A stretch of 58,911 bases of DNA, filler included, from 5 parts of 5 records of this genome joined end to end with filler, not necessarily neighbours in it, one strand, 5' to 3'; positions 30,639 to 42,879 are shown, numbered from the whole stretch's first letter. Program-made: numbers and translations. Notes: a model not told the origin generated them from the letters alone.

Positions 30639-31924
30639 TCAAGCATGTGTTATGTAAAACATCTTTCCGGCTTTCTGAACAATAAGTCCGGACAGTTCAA
30701 GGTCAAGCAGGGCTGCTGTTACCGTACCTGTTTCAAATTTTAATTTTTCGATAATCGTGTCGATATGCAGGGGGGATGCGTTTGTCAGTAAGCTCATTAT
30801 TCCATGTTGGCAACTGTCCGGTTCAAAATCAGACGCCAGGTGGGATTGAGGATCCACCGGCATATTGGGGGCTGGGGTGCTGACTGATGAAAGAGAAGGG
30901 GACAGCAGTTGCTTTTCACGGGGAAGGTCATGTGGGGATAATGGGAGCGGCTTGTTTTGTTGGGTCTGCTTGGATGATCCTACGGTACATTCCTCTTCGA
31001 TGTCGGGATCCTTGGAAACTGAATTTAAAGAGAAATCCACTAAGTGATGCAACTCTTCCATCACATCATCGTGGTTTTCAACAAGCTTTGCACCTTGTTT
31101 GAGTAGGGCGTGGGTTCCGGCACTGTTGGAAGAGTGGATGTTGCCGGGAACAGCAAACACTTCCCGATCGTATTCCGCAGCCAGTCTGGCCGTTATTAGG
31201 GAACCGCTCCTGGCGGCTGCTTCCACAACAATCGTTCCGGTAGCAATACCTGCAATGATTCGATTTCGCATGGGAAAATGACGGGCTTCGGGGCGTGCAT
31301 AAAGTGGGAATTCCGAAATGACAGCGCCCTTGTCGGCAATTTTATGAAATAAATGTCTATTTTCCCTGGGATATATATTACCAAGGCCGCTGCCTAATAC
31401 TGCAAGGGTGCGCCCACCAGCTCTTAATGCCCCTTCATGGGCAGCGGTGTCAATACCGACGGCCATGCCGCTTGTCACTTGAAATCCTTGCTTTGCAAGG
31501 GAATATCCCAAGAATTCGGCAGTATTGAGACCGTATGAGGTGGCTTGGCGTGACCCCACAATGGCAATGGCCGGCGTTTCCGGTTGCAATGTGCCGATAT
31601 AGCTGAAAAATGGGGGGGATCCGGAATCTGTTTTAATAATAAGGGGTACTCCGGATCGGCCAGAGTGACCAGATTGAGCCCTTTTAAAGTCATTCGCTGA
31701 AGCTCATCTCGGATTTCTTTGTCAAAATGGTTGGCTTGTAGGCCTTCAATGACTCTTTTCCCCATTCCCTTGACCTGTTTTAAATCGTGGGGTGTTGCAG
31801 AAAAGACGCCATCCGGTGTGCCGAATCTTTCTATCAATCGTTTGAACAGAACATTTCCAAGACCTGGAACGGCTTTGAGTTTTAACCAAGATTCATATGT
31901 TGTGATGGAGTGGCGTAAAGACAT
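30639..31924 (-). CDS. dprA: DNA processing protein DprA, frameshift near 31612
   Basis: YPLLLKQIPDPP, AIVGSR, SGMAVGID and FPMRNRIIAG. Confidence 0.92.
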
Positions 31925-31947
31925 GGGGATGAATGATAAAGATAAGG

Positions 31948-33010
31948 TTATTGGTAAGCGTTTAACTTTTCTGCCGCTTTTTCTCCTGCCGGTGAAAAAG
32001 GAAACTGTTTGACAACGGTTTTCAAATAGTGATGCGCCCGATCCGGATCGTCCATTGAGAGATAGGCATAAGCGGTTTTGAGGAGGGCATCCGGTACCTT
32101 GAGGCCATTGGGATAGCTCTCCACCAAGGCTTTAAATGTACGGATGGCGCCTTCATAGTCGCGAACTGAGTAGCGACACTCACCTGCCCAGTACAACGCA
32201 TTCACTGCCAGAGAGTGGTCGGGAAAATCATTAACTATTGCCTGAAAAAGCGGTTCCGCTTTTTCAGGATTATTTTCAAGAAGAAGCGCTCGCGCCTTCT
32301 TATAGAGTCTTTCTGCGTCATCCGGAGTTGCTTCATGGGATGTGACCGCACCAAGTAACTGATTTTGAACCGTCAACGTATCGCTATCCGTCTGGGAGGT
32401 GTTGTCCACAGTTTTCTTTGTTAATGTATCAAGATCCGAATGTTGACTTCCCATTAGAATTCGTTCATTGATGGGGAGATGAGCCCTTTTTGTTTACTCT
32501 CAATTGTCGTATCTAACAGGTTGATTTTAGGTTGATCAGATTCAGATTCATTTGAAAAAAGAAGTGCTCCCCTGTTCTTTGCGGCTTTTTTTCCAGAACA
32601 GACTCAGTATTGTTTTTTGAAGATGCTGACGGTGCAGTGGAGGATGAGGGCGGTATTGTAACGATAGACTGCAGTTTTGTCATTTCCGACTGCAATACAC
32701 TGTAACGGGTTTCCAAGTCAGTGTATTGAGAAGATAGTTGGCTAAATAGGATGTCTTGCTGCGCGATTTTGTTTTCGAGTTTTTCAAGCGAGGCACTCAT
32801 TTGATCAAAACGATCCCCAAGTGTAGCATTCAATTCGGCAGCCATTGCCTCACGTTCCGCTTCAACGTAATCAACGGGGCGGTAAACTTCACTATCCAAA
32901 CGTTTCATCGGTATACAGGCCGGTGTGAGAAGGATGGAAAGCGTAATAATATACCCCAGCACCCTTAATTTTGATGAGCTGCACGGCACCCTGTCGATAT
33001 CTTTTTTCAT
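31948..33010 (-). CDS. cpoB: CpoB/YbgF TPR protein, split into two ORFs
   Basis: N-terminal signal/lipobox-like segment and coiled coil; C-terminal NALYWAGEC and KVPDALLK; joining needs two frameshifts at A runs. Confidence 0.7.
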
Positions 33011-33169
33011 ATGCTCAATCGTCTACCTCAAGAACGCATGGAATTGAATCGGTGAACGAGCACTGGTGATGATTGAGATTGGCCATGTAAAAGAGATCAA
33101 ATGGCCAATCTTTCAACAGCGTCGTGTTTGTTTATCACACCTCTAAAGGGATCAAAAATAATTTTGAGA

Positions 33170-33283
33170 AGGGACTCCGTAGCTATTGATTTACCACAAC
33201 TGAACGTCCCTCTCCATTCATGGCGAGGGGGATGGGGGTGAGGCTGGGTGTAAGTGGTAAATCACAATAATCGCCGACTCCCT
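33170..33283. mobile_element. MITE/REP-like element, copy 1
   Basis: Imperfect terminal inverted repeats AGGG...GATTTACCA / TGGTAAATC...CCCT; core CCCTCTCCATTCATGG shared with 42454-42571. Confidence 0.65.
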
Positions 33284-33314
33284 AAGAGGTCCATTGGGCT
33301 GTAAGTTAAGGGGG

Positions 33315-34355
33315 TTACCTTCTTGTTGCGACAAGCAGCATGGGGCTTGCCACAAATATTGAAGAGTACGTACCGATGATAACACCCGTAATCATGGCAA
33401 ACGCAAAATCATGGATGATTTCTCCACCTAGGAAAAAGAGGGAAAAAAGAACAATCAAGGTTGTCATGGAGGTGAGAACGGTACGGCTCAATGTTTCATT
33501 GATACTTCGATTGATGATCGACTTTAAAGTCACCTTTCCGGAGTGGGTGGTGTTTTCACGGATCCTATCGAACACAATAATGGTATCGTTCAAAGAGTAT
33601 CCAATGATGGTCAGCAGTGCCGCAATAATGGGCAGAGAAAACTCCATTCCGAAAATAGAAAATATTCCCACGGTGATCCAAACATCATGAATAAGAGCAA
33701 CAATGGCGCCCATGGCATATTTGAGATTGAGATACCAGAATAGAACCAGAGAAACGATCAGGGCTGCTGTAATGACAAATGGAATACTCACATTGAACAC
33801 CGACAAAAAATAGACTGCCGACATCATGGCACCGGCGGTAACACCGGATAGCATCCACTTCATCTCAAAACGCCCGGATATATAGATGGTGATAAAAAGC
33901 AGTGAATAAAAGATGGCGAGAAGGGCCTGCTTTCTCAAGTCTTCACCAACTTGAGGGCCAACCATCTCAATCCGTCTGATTTCCGGCTCAATACTTGTGG
34001 AGTTCTTAAGCGCATCGGCGATTGTTTGGCTAAACCCTTCTCCGGTCATCTCAGGGGTATTGGTCCGAATGAGAAACTCATTGTCTCCCTCATGTCCAAA
34101 ATTTTGGACGGATCCGTTTTCAAGTCCCATGGCATTCAAGCCGTCCCTGATTTTTCCCACGGCAACACTTTCACTGAATTTGATCTGGATCAGTGTTCCC
34201 CCGGCAAAATCAATTCCGTAGTTGGGGCCGCCATGTATCAGAAGTGAGATCAGACTGACGGCAATCAGAGCCAATGAGAAGAAAAATGCGATCTTCCTCT
34301 TTCCTGTAAAATCAATATTGATATCAGGTTTGATAAACTGCATTGGATAAGACAT
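33315..34355 (-). CDS. secF: Protein translocase subunit SecF
   Basis: GIDFAGG, VGPQVG, GYSLNDTIIVFDRIRE and GTYSSIF. Confidence 0.96.
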   Translation of the reverse strand: MSYPMQFIKPDINIDFTGKRKIAFFFSLALIAVSLISLLIHGGPNYGIDFAGGTLIQIKFSESVAVGKIRDGLNAMGLENGSVQNFGHEGDNEFLIRTNTPEMTGEGFSQTIADALKNSTSIEPEIRRIEMVGPQVGEDLRKQALLAIFYSLLFITIYISGRFEMKWMLSGVTAGAMMSAVYFLSVFNVSIPFVITAALIVSLVLFWYLNLKYAMGAIVALIHDVWITVGIFSIFGMEFSLPIIAALLTIIGYSLNDTIIVFDRIRENTTHSGKVTLKSIINRSINETLSRTVLTSMTTLIVLFSLFFLGGEIIHDFAFAMITGVIIGTYSSIFVASPMLLVATRR

Positions 34356-34554
34356 TCCTTGTTTATTTGAACGCCGGTTAAAGAGGACGGATATAAATTC
34401 CGTCCCCGTTTAACCAAAGCTTTCGATGTTCGTTGAGAGTACACCGCTCATGGGTGTTATTTAAAAAAGCCTTTGTTGCGGATGACTTGAGAATAAAGGC
34501 TTTTTATCTTCGTTGTAAAAAAGCAATACAAGCCGTATTCGCTTCATATTATTT

Positions 34555-36128
34555 CTAAATGCTTAGCGTGGTGCGCTGCTTTCCGGCAACCATGTACTGG
34601 AAGATATTTTTGGATAGAATCAATGCTGTAAAGAGACTGGCAAGGATTCCAAGTCCCAGAGTAACGGCAAATCCCTTAACCGGGCCTGTTCCAAATTGAA
34701 ACAATACAATGGCTGCGATCAAAGTCGTAACATTTGCATCTAAAATGGTCAGTGCTGCGCGATCATATCCGGCAAGTACGGATGCTGCAGGGGTTTTACC
34801 GGAGGCAAGCTCTTCCCTGATTCTTTCGAAGATAATGACATTGGCATCGACAGCCATACCGATCGTCAGGATGATACCGGCAATACCCGGAAGTGTCAGG
34901 GTGGCCTGGAAAGCAGCAAGTCCGCCGCCAATGAGAAGAATATTGGCAATCAGAGCCAGATCGGCGATGAGCCCGGCACCTTTGTAATAGATGACCATAA
35001 AGACAATTACAAAAATACCGCCGACGATCATGGAAAGAAGGCCCATGCGAATGGAATCGGCACCCAAAGTCGGCCCAACGGTTCGCTCTTCTATGATATT
35101 GACGGGAGCAGGAAGTGCACCCGCTCTAAGAACAATGGCAAGGTCTCTGGCTTCTTCCGTGGTGAAATTCCCGGTGATTCTTGCCTGTCCTCCGGCAATT
35201 CGATCCTGAATCACCGGTGCAGAATAGACGGTTTTGTCCAACACGATGGCCAACCGTTTTTTAATATTCTCTCCGGTAATCTGCTCAAAAAGACGAGCGC
35301 CCTTTCGATCGAACTCTATGCTGACATACGGTTCGTTAAACTGGGAGTCGATCATGACTCTGGCATCGGTCAGAGAACTTCCATCCAATAGAACACGCTT
35401 TTTGATGAGAAACGGAATTTTCGTTACGGCTCCGCTCATCGGATCTTCTTGAACCTGGTAAAGGATCTCGTCTCCGGGGGGGCCGCTTTTTTCAGCCGAT
35501 TTCACGTCACCGGTCTCATCCACAAGCTGAAAGTTGAGTCGAGCCGTTCTTCCGATGAGCTCTTTGGCACGCTGAGTGTCTTGAATTCCAGGAAGCTGGA
35601 CCTGGATACGATTTTCTCCTTGAAGCCGAATGTCCGGCTCGCTGACACCGAATGCATCAATACGGTTTCGGATGGTTTCAAGGGCCTGATCCGTGGCCAT
35701 TTTTTTGATGTTGGTGGTTTCCTCTCGGGGAAGTCTCAACACCAAAATTCTCTTTTCTCCGTCCTTTCGAGTCGCTTCCACTTCATAGTTGCCGAATTCA
35801 TCAGTGATGAGCGGATTGACCTGGTCGAGATCCGTTTGATTTTGCAGTTGAATGGAAAGTGTATTGTCGGGATTGTGAGTAACTCCCAGGTGTTTGATCT
35901 CTTTTTCCTCAACTCCTGCTTGATTTCATGTATGGTTCTTTCGATGGTGGTCTCAACGGCTTTTTCGGTTTGAACGTCAAGAACAAGGTGCATCCCTCCT
36001 TGAAGGTCCAATCCGAGATTGATTTTTTTATGGGGCCAGCAGTCATTGCAAAGTGTGGGCAGGACATAGATCACTGCAGCAGCCATGACAACTGCAATGG
36101 AAAACCCTTTCCATGTGATTTTTTTCAA
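34555..36128 (-). CDS. secD: Protein translocase subunit SecD, frameshifted near 35780-35905
   Basis: LGLDLQGG, RNRIDAFGVSEP and GMAVDANVIIFERIREE. Confidence 0.95.
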
Positions 36129-36133
36129 TTTTG

Positions 36134-36256
36134 TTACTCCTGAATGTTCCGTTTCCTTGGAAATTTGCCGGTATGCCCTGGTTGAAATACGGGCTGAGAA
36201 AATTGATGCACATTTTTCCCAATGATATATAAATCAGAAGTTAAGTAGCGGGACAT
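36134..36256 (-). CDS. Candidate 40-aa upstream ORF of secD
   Basis: AAGGGGAGGT RBS; MSRYLTSDLYIIGKNVHQFSQPVFQPGHTGKFPRKRNIQE; stop lies 5 nt before the secD TTG. Confidence 0.35.
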   Translation of the reverse strand: MSRYLTSDLYIIGKNVHQFSQPVFQPGHTGKFPRKRNIQE

Positions 36257-36658
36257 AAATACCTCCCCTTGATTCATCAATGAAGCCATTCATCGATGCA
36301 TATTGTTCCAGAATGTTAACCATGAGTGAGAAATTATAGTCTATCTACTTAATTGGGGGAAAATATTAAAATTGCATAAGTATCTCGCATTTTCAAATAG
36401 ATGTCGAAAAGAGAAACATGTATTTTTATCAATTTCATGAAAATCCTGTCAGCTATCTGCCGGAGCACCCCATGACAGTCCGGGGTCAGCTATGATAGGG
36501 GGGCATATGAACACGTATCTGTGACCAACTCACAATGAAGAGTAAATGCTCTTGAAAGAGGGTCAGAGTGGCTTTGCAGACATTCAAAAAATTGATCCCA
36601 CTGCTTTTCCATTAAACTATTCCTGACAAAGAAAATGAAGACCGGCAAATAACTTGAA

Positions 36659-37003
36659 TTATTTGTCTTTTTTATCCTTCTTTGAGGGTGCGGAAGGGTT
36701 TTGCATCAGACCGGCCACGTTACCACGGTTGATTTTAATTTTTACATTTTCTGCAATCTCAAGGGAAACCGTCGTGTCACCCAAAGAAATGATTGTGCCG
36801 TGAACGCCACCGGATGTAATGATTCGATCCCCTTTTTTAAGATTGTTAATCATGTTTTGATGCTCTTTTGCTTTCTTCTGCTGGGGTCGGATCAGCAAAA
36901 AGTAGAAAATAACAAACATGAGGATTAAGGGGACGAATGCCGTGAATCCCCCTGCCTGTCCTGTGGGTGCGCCTTGTCCCATTGCGTAAGCTGTGTTGAT
37001 CAT
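36659..37003 (-). CDS. yajC: Preprotein translocase subunit YajC
   Basis: IFYFLLIRPQQKK and LKKGDRIITSGG. Confidence 0.95.
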   Translation of the reverse strand: MINTAYAMGQGAPTGQAGGFTAFVPLILMFVIFYFLLIRPQQKKAKEHQNMINNLKKGDRIITSGGVHGTIISLGDTTVSLEIAENVKIKINRGNVAGLMQNPSAPSKKDKKDK

Positions 37004-37189
37004 TTTTCCTCCATCGTTAATATGTTCGCATCCCTGTTAAGATGCCCAAGTTGTTGTTGCGACTGTTTCAGATACACAAAAGCGTGTTCGCTGTCAAGTT
37101 CTCAGCCGTGTATGGGGCTCTGGATCGTTGTTGGAGTGTATAAAATTGATTTGTTTACCGAATAAGATTGATAAACGTCATTATATAGA

Positions 37190-38653
37190 TTATTTGTCAC
37201 AGGCGATGTGGGTATCTCCTCTGACCATTTTATCATCATATTGTATGGTCACGGTGACATTCCGTCTGGCTTCAATTTCAACAATCTCTTTTCTTCTATT
37301 GTTCAATAGGTATTCCGCGACATCTTTTGGAAGCGTCGCCGTCACGGTGTTGATATCCCCTTTTATTGTTTTCAAATTCAACTGTCTCATGAAAGCAAGA
37401 GCTTGATTTTCGATTGAAGGAATCATTCCCCTTCCGTTGCAATGTCGGCAGGTTGAAAAATTTCCAAAGGTGATAGAAGGTCTAAGCCGTTGTCTGGACA
37501 TTTCCAGAAGTCCGAATCGAGAAATATTGCCGACTTTCGTTTTGGCTTTGTCGGATTTAAGGTGTCTTTTCAGTACCCTGGGAATCTCCGCTTTATGTTT
37601 TGCATCTTTCATATCAATGAAATCAACGACAATGAGTCCTCCCATATCCCGCAATTTCAATTGGCGTGCCACTTCTTCTGCTGCTTCCAGATTAGTATGA
37701 TAAGCGGTTTGCTCGATATTCTTCATAGAGGTGGACTTGCCGGAATTGACATCAATGGCAACCAACGCTTCTGTCTGATCGATGACAATGGCACCGCCGG
37801 ACTTCAGGGGGACTTGGGTGTCGAAGATGGATGCAATCTGACCTTCCAATTGGTGCTTGGTGAAAATCGGTTTCTCTCCCCTAAACAGCTTGACAATTTT
37901 TTGCTGTTTGGGAGCAATTACCTTGATGAAATCTTTTACTTCCTTGAATACGTCGGAATCATCAATGAGAATTTCCGACACATCTGCGGTAAAGTAGTCC
38001 CGAAGGGATCGGACGGCAAGATTTTGTTCTTTGTAAAGAAGGGAAGGCGTTGGGCTGCCAATGCTTTTTTCATTAATGTTTTTCCACACCCTGAGAAGAT
38101 ACTTGAGATCATTGGAGAGCATGGTTTTATTGGCATCGCGTCCTGCGGTCCTGACAATCAAACCAAACCCTTCAGGAAGTTTCAGTCCTTCAACAATGGT
38201 TTTGAGCCGTTTGCGTTCATCCTCATTCTCGATTTGCCTGGAAACCCCTTTGGTGGTACTGCCGGGCATGAGAACGGAGAGTCTGCCCGGAAGGGAGATG
38301 AATGTGGTGAGCATGGCCCCTTTATGCATGATGGGCTCTTTAGTGACTTGGACGATGAGTTCCTGCCCCTTTTTAACAATGTGGGATAGGCTACGGTCTC
38401 CGGTGTCGCTGTCTAAAAAGTAATCACTGTGAATTTCCTGTTTTTGCAGGAATCCGTTTTTCTCTTCACCATAATCCACAAAAACCGCCTGAAGGCTCGG
38501 TTCGACTCTGACGATGGTACCTTTATATATATTACCCTGGGTCATCTCCCTGGATGCACTTTCCAGATGGAGCTCTTCCAGTTTATTGTCTTTCACGGTG
38601 ACGATTCTGCACTCACCGGAATCCAGGGCATTAATTAATATCTTTCTTGTCAT
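37190..38653 (-). CDS. rne: Ribonuclease E/G family
   Basis: GNIYKG, QAVFVDYG, IDVNSG and RDMGGLIVVDFIDM. Confidence 0.9.
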   Translation of the reverse strand: MTRKILINALDSGECRIVTVKDNKLEELHLESASREMTQGNIYKGTIVRVEPSLQAVFVDYGEEKNGFLQKQEIHSDYFLDSDTGDRSLSHIVKKGQELIVQVTKEPIMHKGAMLTTFISLPGRLSVLMPGSTTKGVSRQIENEDERKRLKTIVEGLKLPEGFGLIVRTAGRDANKTMLSNDLKYLLRVWKNINEKSIGSPTPSLLYKEQNLAVRSLRDYFTADVSEILIDDSDVFKEVKDFIKVIAPKQQKIVKLFRGEKPIFTKHQLEGQIASIFDTQVPLKSGGAIVIDQTEALVAIDVNSGKSTSMKNIEQTAYHTNLEAAEEVARQLKLRDMGGLIVVDFIDMKDAKHKAEIPRVLKRHLKSDKAKTKVGNISRFGLLEMSRQRLRPSITFGNFSTCRHCNGRGMIPSIENQALAFMRQLNLKTIKGDINTVTATLPKDVAEYLLNNRRKEIVEIEARRNVTVTIQYDDKMVRGDTHIACDK

Positions 38654-38970
38654 TCAATGCGTATCTCGCATCCTCCTCAATTCTTTGCCAAATGTATTTA
38701 GGGGTTTTCAGCCATGGAAAGCAACTACCGTACAGAGCATGAAAGAACCTGAACCATTCATCGAGTGCTTTTCATACGAAAACAATCCGGTACGCATAAG
38801 CTGCTGATAACAACTATAAAATTGTGACAGACAAGTCAAATTATTTGTGAACAATCTCAGCGGCGGATGCTTGCTATTTACGGGATATTATGGCATCTAT
38901 GGATCTCTTAAATTTATTATCAATAAAAACTGTCCCCTGAGTTTGCGGGTGACGGAAGGTTGAATGAAGG

Positions 38971-41640
38971 ATGATGGACGATCGATATACCCCTGAGAAC
39001 GTAGAATCGAAATGGCAGAAATATTGGGAAGAGAACCAGACGTTTCAAGTGATGGAAGATGAGAGTCGGAAAAAATATTATCTTCTTGAAATGTTTCCCT
39101 ACCCATCCGGTAAAATTCACATGGGTCATGTGAGAAATTATACTATTGGTGATGTGGTGGCACGGTACAAACGAATGAACGGATTCAATGTCCTTCACCC
39201 CATGGGATGGGATGCCTTCGGCATGCCGGCTGAAAATGCCGCCATAGATAATCAGACCCATCCGGCTGCCTGGACCTATGAGAACATCGGGGCAATGAAT
39301 CGACAGCTGAAGAAAATGGGGTTTTCCTATGATTGGGATCGAGAGATCGCCACCTGCAAACCCGATTACTATCGATGGGAGCAGTGGCTTTTTTTGAAGA
39401 TGCTGGAAAAGGATATGGTCTATCGAAAAGAGTCCTATGTCAACTGGTGCGCGCATTGTCAGACGGTTCTGGCCAATGAACAGGTTGAAGCGAACTTGTG
39501 CTGGCGATGCGGTGATCCGGTCCATCAGAAAAAGCTGTATCAGTGGTTTTTCAAAATCACCGATTATGCAGAAGATCTGTTGATCCATTGTGATCAGCTG
39601 CCGGGGTGGCCGGACAAAGTGACGGTGATGCAGAAAAATTGGATCGGCAAAAGCTTTGGATCGGAAATCGCTTTTGACATTGAGGGTAGGGACGAGCAGA
39701 TTAAGGTGTTTACGACCAGGCCGGATACGCTGTTCGGATCAACATTCATGTGTCTGGCACCGGAACATCCGCTGGTGGAGTCTCTCTCCAAAGGAACGGC
39801 TCAGGAATCCGAGGTTGCCGCATTTGTCGAGAAAATTTCTCGTCAGGAACGATCGTCTTCCGCCATCGAAAAATATGAGAAAGAGGGCGTGTTTACCGGT
39901 GCGTGGTGCATCAATCCTGCCAGTGGACACCGAATGCCCATCTATACGGCCAACTTCGCACTGATGGAGTATGGGACTGGTGCCGTCATGTCCGTTCCCG
40001 CCCATGACCAGAGAGATTTCGACTTTGCAAAAAAGTACGATCTGGATGTGGTGGTGGTGATTCAGCCGGCTTTGAACGAAGATGGATCTATAAAAGATAC
40101 GGCAGATAACGCATCCAAAGAGTCAGCCCCTTACCCGGATCCTTTTCCACTGGATCCGACAACCATGACCCAAGCGTATACCGGCCCCGGAACCCTCGTC
40201 AATTCCGGTGATTACAATGGGGTGGATAACAAAGCCGTCATGGAAAAGATTACGCAATGGCTCGAAGAAAAAGGCGCGGGTAAGAAAACCATCAATTTCC
40301 GTCTGAGGGATTGGGGAATTTCAAGACAGCGTTATTGGGGAACACCGATACCGGTGGTTCACTGTCCGGCCTGTGGGGTGGTTCCTGTTCCGGAAAATGA
40401 ATTGCCGGTGACCTTGCCCGAGGATGCAGATCTTCTTGAAAATGGCGGTTCCCCTTTGCCGACCCTGGACTTCTTTAAAAAGACGACATGTCCCCAATGC
40501 GGCAGCACCGAAGCTCGTAGGGATACGGATACAATGGATACTTTTGTGGAGTCTTCCTGGTATTTTGTACGGTATTGTAGCCCCCACTGTGATACGGCCA
40601 TGTTCGACAAAGAGGCGATCAAGTATTGGATGCCGGTGGATCAATATATCGGTGGCGTGGAACATGCGATTTTGCATCTTCTCTATTCCAGATATTTCAT
40701 GCGGGTATTGAATACGCTGGGGTTGATTGATTTCAAAGAGCCGTTTACCCGGTTGTTGACCCAGGGAATGGTCTGTAAAGAAACGCTGACATGCGATAAG
40801 CACGGCTTTATCTTTCCGGAAGATGCAAAATGGGAAGCGGATGAGGTAACATGTCGAAAATGCGGAAGTCACGTTGCCGTAGGTCGAGTGATCAAAATGT
40901 CCAAGTCCAAGAAGAACGTGATTGATCCCAATGATCTGCTTAAGCGATATGGGGCAGACATTACCAGACTGTTCTGCCTGTTTGCCGCACCGCCGGAAAG
41001 GGATTTGGAGTGGAACGATGATGGGGTGGAAGGGTGCTATCGGTTCATCAATAGAGTGTGGCGTCTGGCCGCAACCTGCATGGCGCTTTGTCTCGATGAA
41101 GCCCCATATATCGGCGCCTTGGCCGATCTTTCCGATAGCGATGCCAAAAAGTTGTATACCAAAGGGCATCAGACGATCAAAAAAGTGACCGAAGATATCG
41201 AAAACAGTTTCCATTTCAATACGGCCATCAGTGCAGTGATGGAGCTTGTCAATGCCATGTATGCGATTGATTTGGATGAGTCTTCATCGAAAGAAATTAA
41301 ACGTGTCGCCAGGTTTTGCATGGAGAATAGCGTGGTACTGCTCTCGCCCATCGTCCCCCATTTTGCTGAAGAGTTGTGGGAAAAGATGGGAAATCCCCCC
41401 ACCATTGCAGATTTTCCATGGCCGACCCATCGAGAAGATGCGCTGGCATCGGATGAGATGCTGATCGTAGTCCAGGTCAATGGAAAGCTTAGAGCCAAAT
41501 TTTCCATTGATGTCGGAAGTAGCGAAGATGTGATTCGTGAGAAGGCACTGGCGGAAGAGTTGGTTCAAAAGCATATCGGAGACAAACCTGTTAAGAAGGT
41601 GATTGTCGTTAGAAATAAACTGGTTAATATTGTGGTCTAG
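38971..41640 (+). CDS. leuS: Leucine-tRNA ligase
   Basis: [26 protein letters not shown] and KMSKS. Confidence 0.98.
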   Translation: MMDDRYTPENVESKWQKYWEENQTFQVMEDESRKKYYLLEMFPYPSGKIHMGHVRNYTIGDVVARYKRMNGFNVLHPMGWDAFGMPAENAAIDNQTHPAAWTYENIGAMNRQLKKMGFSYDWDREIATCKPDYYRWEQWLFLKMLEKDMVYRKESYVNWCAHCQTVLANEQVEANLCWRCGDPVHQKKLYQWFFKITDYAEDLLIHCDQLPGWPDKVTVMQKNWIGKSFGSEIAFDIEGRDEQIKVFTTRPDTLFGSTFMCLAPEHPLVESLSKGTAQESEVAAFVEKISRQERSSSAIEKYEKEGVFTGAWCINPASGHRMPIYTANFALMEYGTGAVMSVPAHDQRDFDFAKKYDLDVVVVIQPALNEDGSIKDTADNASKESAPYPDPFPLDPTTMTQAYTGPGTLVNSGDYNGVDNKAVMEKITQWLEEKGAGKKTINFRLRDWGISRQRYWGTPIPVVHCPACGVVPVPENELPVTLPEDADLLENGGSPLPTLDFFKKTTCPQCGSTEARRDTDTMDTFVESSWYFVRYCSPHCDTAMFDKEAIKYWMPVDQYIGGVEHAILHLLYSRYFMRVLNTLGLIDFKEPFTRLLTQGMVCKETLTCDKHGFIFPEDAKWEADEVTCRKCGSHVAVGRVIKMSKSKKNVIDPNDLLKRYGADITRLFCLFAAPPERDLEWNDDGVEGCYRFINRVWRLAATCMALCLDEAPYIGALADLSDSDAKKLYTKGHQTIKKVTEDIENSFHFNTAISAVMELVNAMYAIDLDESSSKEIKRVARFCMENSVVLLSPIVPHFAEELWEKMGNPPTIADFPWPTHREDALASDEMLIVVQVNGKLRAKFSIDVGSSEDVIREKALAEELVQKHIGDKPVKKVIVVRNKLVNIVV

Positions 41641-41664
41641 TGTGGGGTAAGAAAAAAGATCTAC

Positions 41665-42222
41665 ATGGAGGACCGATTGTATTCAATTGGGATGAGAAAA
41701 CAAAACGGCAAGTTAATGATATTGGCATTTGCCGTGGTGATATCGATGCTTCTATGTCTTGGGTGCGGGTATTCACTGCATAGCGGCGGAACCCTCCCGG
41801 GAGGAACAAAGCGGGTCTCTGTTTCGCTGTTTAAAAACAGAAGTTCGCAGATTGGTGCGGAGGCCTCGATTACATCTGTTTTGATTGAAGAGTTGATGCG
41901 CCGAAGCCGTGTGGAGATATGCACTCACCCGGATGATGCAGATGCCGTGATTCAAGGGGAAATCCTCTCCATTTCGTTTAGTGCATTGAGTCGTACATCG
42001 GATGATGCGGTTTATGAGAGAACGGTAACTGCTGTAGTCGGTCTCAAAATGGTTGCGCGGTCGGGGAAAACGCTTTTCTCCCTTCCCAGGCTGGCGGGAA
42101 GTGATACTTACGATGTGCTGGATGATAACGAAGCGGATGAGGCTGCCAAAAGAAATGCGGCTGAAGATGTTTTCCATCGGTTGGTACAACGGATTGTCAG
42201 TCGAATGACTGATGATTTTTAA
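41665..42222 (+). CDS. lptE: LPS assembly lipoprotein LptE
   Basis: Lipobox LGCGY directly after leuS. Confidence 0.8.
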   Translation: MEDRLYSIGMRKQNGKLMILAFAVVISMLLCLGCGYSLHSGGTLPGGTKRVSVSLFKNRSSQIGAEASITSVLIEELMRRSRVEICTHPDDADAVIQGEILSISFSALSRTSDDAVYERTVTAVVGLKMVARSGKTLFSLPRLAGSDTYDVLDDNEADEAAKRNAAEDVFHRLVQRIVSRMTDDF

Positions 42223-42387
42223 TGGGAACTTTTTGTGAATTTTTGTTGAAAATATATGTTTTAATTATGGATGAAATACACCGGATGCTTTCTTACTGTA
42301 CGCACATTTCGGTTCAGTGACTATTCAAAATATTTGCAACGCTTCTTTTGTGAGGTTGTTTTTATGAGGGGTTGAATCTGAAGGTTG

Positions 42388-42443
42388 CAAAAAAAAGAGA
42401 GAAAAGGATTGAGTTGATTTCGTCCTTTTCTCTCTTTTGTTTG
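42388..42443. terminator. Bidirectional terminator between lptE and rpsT
   Basis: AAAAGAGAGAAAAGGA / TCCTTTTCTCTCTTTT inverted repeat. Confidence 0.65.
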
Positions 42444-42453
42444 TCAACCTTAA

Positions 42454-42571
42454 AGGGCTCACAGCAGCTTATGATTTACCATTATTCCAGAGCTGAAGGC
42501 CCCCTCTCCATTCATGGAGAGGAAGATGAAGGGGGGGAGTGGTAAATCAATACAGTAATAGCTGACGCCCT
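42454..42571. mobile_element. MITE/REP-like element, copy 2
   Basis: AGGG...TGATTTACCA / TGGTAAATCA...CCCT ends and core CCCTCTCCATTCATGG. Confidence 0.65.
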
Positions 42572-42624
42572 AAAGGCCATCGTCAGCTATTTTGAGATCA
42601 AAATAATTTGAGTCAATTGACTTT

Positions 42625-42879
42625 CTAGACATTTACATATTTGTTGAGTCTTGAAATTTTTCGGGAGGCAGTGTTCCGGTGAAGAACGCCTTTTTTTGCT
42701 GCCTTAGCAATGACAGACTGTGCCTCTCTCATCAAATCTGCAGTATTCTCAGCACCCTCATCTTTGGCAGTCTGAACTTTTTTAATGGCCGTTTTCATAG
42801 CAGATCGGGTGGATTTGTTTCTCATTCGTTTTACTTCATTTTGTTTTGCGCGTTTCAGTGCTGATTTGTGGTTTGCCAA
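42625..42879 (-). CDS. rpsT: 30S ribosomal protein S20
   Basis: MANHKSALKR...HRNTASRKISRL; TTG start with AAGGAG RBS. Confidence 0.97.
   Translation of the reverse strand: MANHKSALKRAKQNEVKRMRNKSTRSAMKTAIKKVQTAKDEGAENTADLMREAQSVIAKAAKKGVLHRNTASRKISRLNKYVNV

Noticed and set aside
40068-40160. Low-complexity insertion in LeuS as an intein or mobile insert
   Set aside because: About 30 aa with no splicing motifs; probably a variable loop
37490-41214. Long antisense ORFs of 299, 222 and 297 aa
   Set aside because: They are shadows of rne and leuS with no recognisable motifs
42223-42624. No holA after lptE and no tgt before yajC
   Set aside because: Gene-order variation only; loss cannot be inferred from one contig
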